DNA of 32,000 nucleotides from Candidatus Saccharimonadota bacterium (GTDB taxonomy: Bacteria > Pseudomonadota > Gammaproteobacteria > Enterobacterales > Enterobacteriaceae), in the NCBI RefSeq assembly GCF_039383305.1, contig NZ_CP135009.1, positions 240,001 through 272,000 on the forward strand. Direction: 5' to 3'. The translations under genes and the position numbers were made by a program. Position 1 is the stretch's first letter; every line of letters starts with the position of its first letter. A model generated the notes under the pieces. The model ran no database searches. It worked only from the letters and a program-made list of their open reading frames with translations, and was not told the origin of the DNA. Below, in pieces: positions 8,526 through 16,174 of this stretch.

Positions 8526-9206
8526 ATGAAATATAATAATTTTGAAAAAATAAATTCTAAAAATATTAATACAGGAAATAAATTTTTTAAAAAAAAAAAT
8601 TTTCTAAACTCTTCTACAATACAAAAAAATTTTTTAAAAGTCTTAAAAGCAGAAATAAGTAATCAAGATCCTACAAAACCTATTAAAAATAGCACTTTAA
8701 CATCGCAAATTACACAAATGCAAATGAATGATAGAATTCATGATGTTCAACAAAATACTAAAAAAATTTTACAACAAATTAATACTAATCAATTTTTTAA
8801 TGCTGTTAATTTAATTAATCGAAAAGTCTTAATTAATAATAATAAAATTTTTGATATTAAAAAAACAAAAATTCCTATTTTTTTAAAAATTTTTAAAAAA
8901 TCAAAAAAAGTTCAAATGAATATTTTTAATTCATATCAACAAAAAGTTTTTTCAAAAAATTTAGGAAATTTATCACCTGGTATACATAAAATATATTGGG
9001 ATTCTAAAAAAGATTTTAAAAAAGATTCTTTCAAAAAATTTCCATATACTGTAAACTTTACTGTACAAAAAAATAAATGTATAAATAAAAAAAATATTTA
9101 TACACAACATATAATTAAAAATATTTCTAAAAATAGAAAAAAAATTTATGTTACATTAGATAGTGCTAAAATAGTAAAATTACATGATTTAAAAAAAATT
9201 TTTTAA
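8526..9206 (+). CDS. flgD: Flagellar hook-capping/assembly protein FlgD
   Basis: FLKVLKAEISNQDPTKPIKNSTLTSQITQMQ compares with E. coli FLTLLVAQLKNQDPTNPLQNNELTTQLAQIS. In the C-terminus, LGNLSPGIHKIYWDSK compares with LGALNAGVHTFTWDGK. The gene is full length at 226 aa. Confidence 0.85.
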   Translation: MKYNNFEKINSKNINTGNKFFKKKNFLNSSTIQKNFLKVLKAEISNQDPTKPIKNSTLTSQITQMQMNDRIHDVQQNTKKILQQINTNQFFNAVNLINRKVLINNNKIFDIKKTKIPIFLKIFKKSKKVQMNIFNSYQQKVFSKNLGNLSPGIHKIYWDSKKDFKKDSFKKFPYTVNFTVQKNKCINKKNIYTQHIIKNISKNRKKIYVTLDSAKIVKLHDLKKIF

Positions 9207-9318
9207 AATTTATAAAAATTATAATTGTTCTTTTTAAAATTATCGATATGATACGAAGAGTCAATAAAAATTTAAAATCTTAATAACATTCTTTTAAAAT
9301 TATAATGAGTAAATATCT

Positions 9319-10071
9319 ATGAATAAAATATTAAGAATTGTATTAAATTCTGCAAATAATAATTTAATGAAACAAAAAGTAATCGCTAACAATATTGCAA
9401 ATGTGTCTACAGCAGGTTTTAAAGAACAATATGTGTATAACATACGAAAAAAAGATAGAAATTCAAACATAAAAAATATTAATAATATAGTATTTAATTT
9501 TACTAGAGGAAATTTTAGAAAAACAAATAATCCTATTAATGTTTCCGCTAAAGATAATTATTGGATTTCTATTATTGATACTGATGATACTGTGGCATTT
9601 ATGCAAACTGGAAAATTTCATTTAAATGAAAAAAATGAATTATTATTAAATGAATATCCTGTTTTAACTACAAAAGATGAAACGATTGTATGTGATAATC
9701 ATAAAATGCCTCGAATATTAGAAGATGGAAAAGTTGTATTATCTTTTAAAAAAAACAATAAAATTGTAAATAAATTTTTAGGACAAATAAAACTTATTAA
9801 ATTATTACCAGAAGATGTCATACATAGTTCACATGGTAAATATTTTTTAAGAAATAGTGGAATGAAAAAATATCAAAATCTTCAATTACGAGATTTTTAT
9901 AAAGTTCCTGCAATTGCTAATGCTACAGAAGGTAGTAATGTTGATTTAACAGAAAATTTAATCAATATGTTAGACGCTATGCGTGATTTTGAATCAAATA
10001 TCCAAGTAATTTCTAACGAACATGAAAATGAAGATAAAGCAAATAATTTATTAAATGGAGTTATACAATAA
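9319..10071 (+). CDS. flgF: Flagellar proximal rod protein FlgF
   Basis: 250 aa against 251 aa in E. coli. The N-terminus has IANNIANVSTAGFK. The C-terminus TEGSNVDLTENLINMLDAMRDFESNIQVISNEHENEDKANNLLN matches LEGSNVKPVEAMTDMIANARRFEMQMKVITSVDENEGRANQLL. Confidence 0.9.
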   Translation: MNKILRIVLNSANNNLMKQKVIANNIANVSTAGFKEQYVYNIRKKDRNSNIKNINNIVFNFTRGNFRKTNNPINVSAKDNYWISIIDTDDTVAFMQTGKFHLNEKNELLLNEYPVLTTKDETIVCDNHKMPRILEDGKVVLSFKKNNKIVNKFLGQIKLIKLLPEDVIHSSHGKYFLRNSGMKKYQNLQLRDFYKVPAIANATEGSNVDLTENLINMLDAMRDFESNIQVISNEHENEDKANNLLNGVIQ

Positions 10072-10089
10072 TTATTAGGAAAAAATTTT

Positions 10090-10872
10090 ATGATATCAAC
10101 TTTATGGATTGCTAAAACTGGACTTGACGCCCAACAAATGAATATGAATGTTATTGCAAATAATTTAGCTAATGTAAATACAAATGGCTTTAAACGTTCA
10201 CATGTCATTTTCGAAGATTTAATATATAAAAACATTAATCCCTCTGGTTTATTAACCATGCGGGATACTGAAAAACCTAATTCAATACAAATTGGCACTG
10301 GAGTTCAACCTGTTGCAACCGAAAAAATTTTTACACTTGGAAATTTATCTAAAACAAATTCTTGGAAAGATTTAGTAATTAACGGAGATGGATTTTTTAA
10401 AATCTTGTTACCAAATGGACAAACGCGTTTTACAAGAGACGGTTCTTTTCAAATTAATTCAAAAAGACAATTAGTCACTCATCAAGGATATTTAATATCA
10501 CCAGAAATTAATATACCTCAGAATATTGAAACTATTCATATTGGAAAAGATGGACTTGTAACAGCTAAAATAGACGGAAAAATTTCACCTGAAATACTAG
10601 GTCAATATACAATTGTAAATTTTTCTAATAATTCTGGCTTAGAAAGTATAGGGGAAAATTGTTATAAAGCTACAAAATCTTCTGGAAAACCAATTATAGG
10701 AATTCCAGGTCAAGTAGGTTATGGAGAATTATATCAAGGATTTATTGAAAAATCCAATGTGAACGTTGCTGAAGAATTAGTAAATATGATTCAAGCACAA
10801 CGTGCTTATGAAATTAATAGTAAAGTCTTAACTGCAACAGATCAAATGTTACATAAATTAACTCAATTATAA
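10090..10872 (+). CDS. flgG: Flagellar distal rod protein FlgG
   Basis: 260 aa, the same length as E. coli FlgG. Conserved stretches are MISTLWIAKTGLDAQQMNMNVIANNLANVNTNGFK and ...QGFIEKSNVNVAEELVNMIQAQRAYEINSKVL. Confidence 0.96.
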   Translation: MISTLWIAKTGLDAQQMNMNVIANNLANVNTNGFKRSHVIFEDLIYKNINPSGLLTMRDTEKPNSIQIGTGVQPVATEKIFTLGNLSKTNSWKDLVINGDGFFKILLPNGQTRFTRDGSFQINSKRQLVTHQGYLISPEINIPQNIETIHIGKDGLVTAKIDGKISPEILGQYTIVNFSNNSGLESIGENCYKATKSSGKPIIGIPGQVGYGELYQGFIEKSNVNVAEELVNMIQAQRAYEINSKVLTATDQMLHKLTQL

Positions 10873-10896
10873 ATTTATTATAGGAAAAAAAATTCT

Positions 10897-11583
10897 GTGT
10901 TTAAAAATTTTTTAAAAATTTTAAATTTTTTATTATTAATAATTAGTTTATCTTTTATAGATTCTATTTATGCTCGGAATGAATTTCCAAAAAAAAATAA
11001 TATTATCTTTATACATAATAAAAAAGATAAAAAAATAATTTATCAAAAATATTATTATCATAATTGGTTTGAAGATAAACCTCATTATCAAATAGGAGAT
11101 AATTTAATAATATTTTTACAAGAAAATATTATGACTCAAAATCGAACTTTTAATAATACACAAAATAATTCTTCTACTTTTTTTAAAATTCGTTCATTAT
11201 TATTTTCTTTAATTAGTCAAATTTTTTCAAAAAAAAAAAATGATTTACCATTTTTACAAACTATCGGAACAAATGTTTTATTAGATGATAATAAATCATT
11301 AGAAAAAAATACTTTTTTAGGAATGATTACTGTTACAATACAAAAAATATTTCCTAACAATCATTTAGAAGTTGCAGGAAAAAATTCAATTTTAATTAAT
11401 GGAAATGTAGAATCTATTCGTTTTTTTGGTATAGTAGATCCCAATGAAATTGTAAACAATATAGTTCCTTCTTCAAAAATTTCTCATAAAAATATTGAAT
11501 ATGTAAAACATGACACATCAAAAAAAGAAAATTTTTTTGAAATTTTAAAAAAATTTTGTATAAATTTTTTTCCTAATTTTTAA
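10897..11583 (+). CDS. flgH: Flagellar L-ring protein FlgH
   Basis: GTG start with AGGA upstream. [22 protein letters not shown] compares with E. coli [64 protein letters not shown] compares with [42 protein letters not shown]. Confidence 0.88.
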   Translation: [228 protein letters not shown]

Positions 11584-11641
11584 ATTTTTTTATTTTATCT
11601 TAAAAATTTTTTAAATTGTAAAATTTTTTAAAGGTATTTTA

Positions 11642-12681
11642 ATGAAAACTCTGTTAAGATATTTTTTATTATGTAATATTTTTATAAATATGATATTAAT
11701 AAATTTTGCATTTGCTTCAGAAAATACAATCAAGAATTTAACTAACATTTCAGGAGCTTATACTATTCCATTAATTGGATATGGTTTAATGGTAGGATTA
11801 CCTAATAGCGGCGATCAAATTCCATATTCAAATTTTACTTTACAGACTATGTTAAATCTTTTTAAAAAAATGGGAATTGATGTTAAAAATACAAAAAATA
11901 TTCAAACAAAAAATATTGCATCAGTAATGGTTACCGCTGAATTACCTGCTTTTAATTATATTGGTCAAAAAATTCCTATTTATGTTTCTTCTATTGGTAA
12001 TTCGCAAAATTTACAAGATGGTACTTTATTAATGACTCCTTTAAAAAATTCCAATGGTATACGCTATGGAACCGCTCAAGGACATTGTAATTTAAAAATA
12101 GAACACTTAACAAATATAAATTTATTAAATAATCAAAATTTTAAAAATAATATTAAAATTAAAAATGGGGGTATTGTTGAAAAAACTTTTCAAAATGTTA
12201 TAGAACATAATGGGCATATAAAATTACAATTAAAATCTAAAAATTTTTATATGGCTCAAAAAATTAGTGATATAATTAATAAAAAATATCCTAAAATTTC
12301 TTTTCCTTTAAATGAAAGATCTATACAAATAAAAGTACCTCATAATAAAAGAACGCAATCACGTTTATTAGCAAATATACTACATTTAAAAATTAATACT
12401 AAAAAAAAAAAAAAAATATAATTTTTTTAAATTTAAAAAAAAATAAATTTTTCTTAAATCATGAAATTTATATTAAAAATTGTAAATTTTTAAAACATAA
12501 TGTTTTTTTAAAAATTAAAAATTTTAAAAAAAAAAAACAACAAAATATATATAAAAAAACTAAATTATCCCATATACTTACCGCATTTAATTTTTTAGGA
12601 ATTAAATCATCTAAAATTTTATCTATTCTAAAATCCTTAAAAAATAAAAAAGCGATTATTGCAACTATAAAAGTGATATAA
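11642..12681 (+). pseudogene. flgI: Flagellar P-ring protein FlgI, interrupted by a frameshift in a 16-A tract (12401-12416). One extra A or two fewer gives an intact protein of about 346 aa
   Basis: The N-terminal 258 codons (11642-12415) align with E. coli FlgI through ...RLLANILHLKINT (RFLADIQNMQVNV). The annotated frame then stops at 12419-12421. The frame offset by one base is stop-free from the tract to 12681. It encodes NIIFLNLKKNKFFLNHEIYIKNCKFLKHNVFLKI...[39 protein letters not shown], matching E. coli [32 protein letters not shown]...[39 protein letters not shown]. Confidence 0.9.
12401..12416 (+). repeat. A16 homopolymer containing the flgI frameshift (candidate transcriptional slippage site)
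   Basis: Sixteen consecutive A residues counted directly. The reading frame changes across this tract. Confidence 0.95.
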
Positions 12682-12972
12682 ATGAAAACATTAACATATG
12701 AAGATTTCAATACAATACAAAAAATAAAAAATTTTTTACCACAAAAAAATGATCAATTAAAAAATTTAAAAGAAATTTCTTCACAAATTCAAACTTTATT
12801 TATAAACATATTTTTAAATAGTGTAAAAAATTCTAATATAAATTTAAATCCTCAAATAAATTTAGATACTACTAGTAAATTTTATAAAGATCTATATATG
12901 AATTATCTTTCAAATAAATTTAATCAAAAAGATATAGGTTTTTTGCAATTAATAAAACAACAAATTTTATAA
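12682..12972 (+). CDS. flgJ: FlgJ reduced to the N-terminal rod-binding (rod cap) domain, with no muramidase domain
   Basis: 96 aa against 313 aa in E. coli. LKEISSQIQTLFINIFLNSVKNS...SKFYKDLYMNYLSNKFNQKDIGFLQLIKQQI aligns with the E. coli FlgJ N-terminus ...VARQVEGMFVQMMLKSMRDA...TRLYTSMYDQQIAQQMTAGKGLGLAEMLVKQM. Its ATG directly abuts the stop of the flgI downstream frame (TAAATG). Confidence 0.75.
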   Translation: MKTLTYEDFNTIQKIKNFLPQKNDQLKNLKEISSQIQTLFINIFLNSVKNSNINLNPQINLDTTSKFYKDLYMNYLSNKFNQKDIGFLQLIKQQIL

Positions 12973-13102
12973 AAAATTTTTTTATTAAAATTTTTTTAAT
13001 AAACAAGATAATTTTTTATAATTTTAAAAATTCATTATTTTAAAATATAACTATAAAAAACTTTTAAAACTTTTTCTATTTTATGAAGATAAAAAATAAA
13101 TT

Positions 13103-14043
13103 ATGATAAAAAAAGATTATAAAATTTTTATAAAAAAAGATACAAGTAATCAAAGAATTGATAATTTTTTATTTACAAAATTTAAAACACTACCTAAAAG
13201 TTTAATTTATAAAAACCTAAGATTAGGAAAAATTTTAATTAACACAAAAAAAAAAAAACCATCTTATAAATTAAAAAATCATGATGAAATATTATTAAAA
13301 TCTTTAAAAATCACACCATTTAAAAAAAAAAAATATTATTTCATAAAAATTTAAAAATAAAAATTTTAAAAAACATTTTATATGAAGATTCTTCTTTAAT
13401 AATTTTAAATAAAACTTCTGGAATTTCTGTACATGGAGGTAGCGGAATTAATGCTGGAATTATAGAAATTTTACGAATTATTAGAGTGGATATTTTTTTT
13501 TTAGAATTAGTACATCGATTAGATAAAGATACATCTGGAATATTATTATTAGCAAAAAAAAAATCTGTCTTAAGAAATTTACATCAACAATTACGAGAAA
13601 AAAAAATTAAAAAGTATTATATAGCTTTAGTGCATGGATTATTTAAAACTCAAAAAATCATTACAAATTTTCCAATTTTAAAAAAAAAAAATAAATTTAA
13701 TCTTATGTCAATACATAAAAATGGAAAACCTTCTAAAACTATTTTTACAATTAAAAAAATTTTTTTAAATTCTACCTTAGTAAGAATACACCCTATAACA
13801 GGCAGAACTCATCAAATACGTATTCATGCTTCTAAAATTGGACATCCAATACTTTATGATTCAAAATACGGAAATAATAATTTAAATTTAAAAATTAATA
13901 AAATTTTACAAAAAAAAAGACTTTTTTTACATGCATATCAAATCTTTTTTTTACATCCTAAAAATAATAAAAAAATGTGTATAAAAGCCCCTTTAGATCA
14001 AAGATTTGAAAACGCTATTAAAATTCTTTCAAAAAATAACTAA
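13103..14043 (+). pseudogene. rluC: 23S rRNA pseudouridine synthase RluC, interrupted by a frameshift in a 12-A tract (13322-13333). One extra A gives an intact protein of about 313 aa
   Basis: The N-terminal S4 domain (QRIDNFLFTKFKTLPKSLIYKNLRLGKILINTKKKKPSYKL) is in one frame and stops at 13352-13354. The offset frame is open from 13324. It encodes ...ILFHKNLKIKILKNILYEDSSLIILNKTSGISVHGGSGINAGIIEILR...LELVHRLDKDTSGILLLAKKK...GRTHQIRIH, matching E. coli RluC ...ILYEDDHILVLNKPSGTAVHGGSG...FLELVHRLDRDTSGVLLVAKKR...GRTHQIRVH. The DEI-to-ILYED spacing is 28 residues, the same as in E. coli, if one A is added. Confidence 0.9.
13322..13333 (+). repeat. A12 homopolymer containing the rluC frameshift (candidate transcriptional slippage site)
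   Basis: Twelve consecutive A residues counted directly. The frame changes across the tract, and the downstream frame has a TAA at 13321-13323 immediately before it. Confidence 0.95.
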
Positions 14044-14147
14044 AAATACTTAAAATATTAAAATTTTTTTTAAAAAAAAATTTTCTAATATAATTTTTTT
14101 TATAATTAAAATATAAAAATTTTTTAAAAAAATATTCAGGAATGTAT

Positions 14148-14315
14148 ATGGCAGTTCAAAAAAGTAAACCTAGTAGATCAAAACGTAATATGAGAAGATC
14201 TCACGATTTAATTATTCAAAACACAATTTCGATAGATAAAATTTCTGGAGAAACACATATTCGTCATCATATGACAAAAAAAGGATATTACAAAGGTAAA
14301 AAATTTTTTTTATAA
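14148..14315 (+). CDS. rpmF: 50S ribosomal protein L32 (absent from the ORF track because it is 55 aa)
   Basis: [55 protein letters not shown] compares with E. coli [57 protein letters not shown]. AGGA lies upstream of the ATG. Confidence 0.95.
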   Translation: MAVQKSKPSRSKRNMRRSHDLIIQNTISIDKISGETHIRHHMTKKGYYKGKKFFL

Positions 14316-14352
14316 AAAACAATTCTTCTTAAAATCAATTACAAATTAATAA

Positions 14353-14386
14353 AATACAGTGATTTAAAATTTTTAAACACTGTATT
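14353..14386 (+). terminator. Hairpin downstream of rpmF (AATACAGTG ... CACTGTATT)
   Basis: A 9-bp perfect inverted repeat containing G/C. The 16-nt spacer can pair further (TTTAA/TTAAA). There is no clean U-tract, since ATATATAA follows. Confidence 0.45.
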
Positions 14387-14441
14387 ATATATAATATAAA
14401 TTTCACTTAAATTTATTCAAAACTTTTAAAATTATAAAAAT

Positions 14442-15380
14442 ATGAAAAAAATTGTTTTATTATTTCCAGGTCAAAATTTACAAAATTTTAAAGATATTAT
14501 TTATTTTAACCAAAAAACTAAAATTCTAAATAAAACTTTTGAAGAAAGTTCAGAAATTTTAAATTTAAATTTGTTAAAAATTTTAAAAAAAAGAAATTTT
14601 ATAAAAAAAAAATATATTTCATATCTAATTATTAATATTTCTATTGCTTTGTATCGAGAATGGAAAAAAAATATTCCTATTATACCTAACATTATGATAG
14701 GACACAGTTTAGGGCAATATTCTGCATTAATTTGTAGTAAAAAAATAAGCCTGAAAAATGCACTTTTAAGTTTAAAAAAAAGAAATCGAATATTAAAAAA
14801 TAGTTTCAAAAATATTCCAACTTTAATGTACATTATTATTGGAATTCATTTTTCTATAATTAAAAAAATATGTTATATAGTTTCTCGTATTTTTCAAAAA
14901 GTTTCTATTGCATGTATTAATTTAAAAAATCAAATTATTATTTCAGGACACAAAAAATATGTTTTAAAAGTTTTAAATTTTTGTAAAAAAATTCAAAAAA
15001 ATTATATTATCCGTTTACCAATATATTTTTGTTTACATTATTCATTTCTTAAAAAAAATTCTAAAAAATTTTCAAAATATTTAAAAAAAAATATTTTTAA
15101 AAATTCACATATCAAGGTTTTTTGTGCCACACAAAAAAAATTTTTATACTCTTCTCAAAAAATAAAAAATAGTTTGTGTCAACAACTTTATAAACCAACA
15201 TTATGGTATGATACTCTTAAAATAATAAAAAAAAAAAATATTAAAAATTTTATAGAAATTGGTGCGGGGAATACTTTAACTAAAATAAATTTTCATAATA
15301 AAATTTTTAATACATACTCAACAAATACATTAAAAAATTTTTTAAAAACTTTAAAAATTATTAAAAATCAAAAATTATGA
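14442..15380 (+). CDS. fabD: Malonyl-CoA:ACP transacylase FabD
   Basis: LLFPGQ near the N-terminus, the active-site motif GHSLGQYSAL, 312 aa, and a position between rpmF and fabG. The sequence is otherwise strongly diverged and Lys/Ile/Asn-rich. Confidence 0.85.
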   Translation: MKKIVLLFPGQNLQNFKDIIYFNQKTKILNKTFEESSEILNLNLLKILKKRNFIKKKYISYLIINISIALYREWKKNIPIIPNIMIGHSLGQYSALICSKKISLKNALLSLKKRNRILKNSFKNIPTLMYIIIGIHFSIIKKICYIVSRIFQKVSIACINLKNQIIISGHKKYVLKVLNFCKKIQKNYIIRLPIYFCLHYSFLKKNSKKFSKYLKKNIFKNSHIKVFCATQKKFLYSSQKIKNSLCQQLYKPTLWYDTLKIIKKKNIKNFIEIGAGNTLTKINFHNKIFNTYSTNTLKNFLKTLKIIKNQKL

Positions 15381-16108
15381 AAATACACAAAAAAATTGCT
15401 TTAATAACTGGAGCTAATCGAGGAATTGGTAAAAATATTTTAACTACATTAATAAAAAAAAATATTTATGTAATAGGAACTTCTAAAACTTCGATAGGTG
15501 TAAAAAATATTAAAAATTTAGTAAAGAACAATGGAACAGGAATTTTAATAAATTTCTTAAAAAAAAAAAAATATGAAGATAATTTTAAAAAAATTCTTAA
15601 AAAATTCAAGAAAATCGATATTTTAATACATAATTCCGGAATAACTCATGATAATTTATTAATTAATATGACAGAAAAAGAATGGAAAAATGTTATAAAA
15701 ATAAATTTGTCTTCTTGTTTTTATTTAACAAAAATTTTTCTACCAAATATGATTAAAAAAAAATGGGGAAGAATTATCTTTATAAGTTCTGTAAATGCAT
15801 ATCAAGGTCAAATAGGGCAAACTAATTATTCTGCTTCAAAATCTGGTGTCATAGGATTTTTAAAATCTTTAGCTTTAGAAGTAGCATCTTTCGGAATTAC
15901 TGTAAATTCTATTGCTCCTGGATATATCAAAACTGATATGACTAAAAAATTTTTTAAAAATTTACCAAAATATATAAATAAAATTCCATTAAAAAATTTT
16001 GGAAAAACTACAGATATTTCTAATGTAATATTATTTTTAATTTCTAAAAAAACATCTTATATCACTGGACAAACTATTCATGTAAATGGAGGATTATTTA
16101 TGATATAA
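15377..16108 (+). CDS. fabG: 3-oxoacyl-ACP reductase FabG
   Basis: ALITGANRGIGK (Rossmann motif), NYSASKSG (catalytic YxxxK), GITVNSIAPGYIKTDMT and ITGQTIHVNGG. There is an ATGA start/stop overlap with fabD. Confidence 0.93.
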   Translation: MKIHKKIALITGANRGIGKNILTTLIKKNIYVIGTSKTSIGVKNIKNLVKNNGTGILINFLKKKKYEDNFKKILKKFKKIDILIHNSGITHDNLLINMTEKEWKNVIKINLSSCFYLTKIFLPNMIKKKWGRIIFISSVNAYQGQIGQTNYSASKSGVIGFLKSLALEVASFGITVNSIAPGYIKTDMTKKFFKNLPKYINKIPLKNFGKTTDISNVILFLISKKTSYITGQTIHVNGGLFMI

Positions 16109-16174
16109 ATATTAAAAATTTTTTTAAAAAAAAATAAAAATATAATCTAAAATTATAATATATTAAGGAAAATA

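Noticed and set aside
9897-10298. 133-aa minus-strand ORF
   Set aside because: It is antisense to the well-conserved flgF 3' end and flgG 5' end. It has no recognisable family and is a shadow ORF.
11642-12421. FlgI as a genuinely short 259-aa protein
   Set aside because: The missing C-terminus is present and conserved in the adjacent frame right after the A16 tract. Truncation alone does not explain an 87-codon stop-free homologous frame.
12468-12710. 80-aa minus-strand ORF between flgI and flgJ
   Set aside because: It is antisense to the frameshifted C-terminal segment of flgI, which has clear homology to the FlgI C-terminus. The plus-strand reading explains the region.
13486-14043. Independent 185-aa RluC catalytic fragment starting at GTG 13486
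   Set aside because: The same frame is open and homologous for a further 54 codons upstream, including the ILYED...NKTSGISVHGG motif, back to the A12 tract. It is therefore the downstream part of a frameshifted full-length rluC.
14501-14833. 110-aa minus-strand ORF
   Set aside because: It is antisense within fabD, with low-complexity Phe/Ile/Lys content and no motif.
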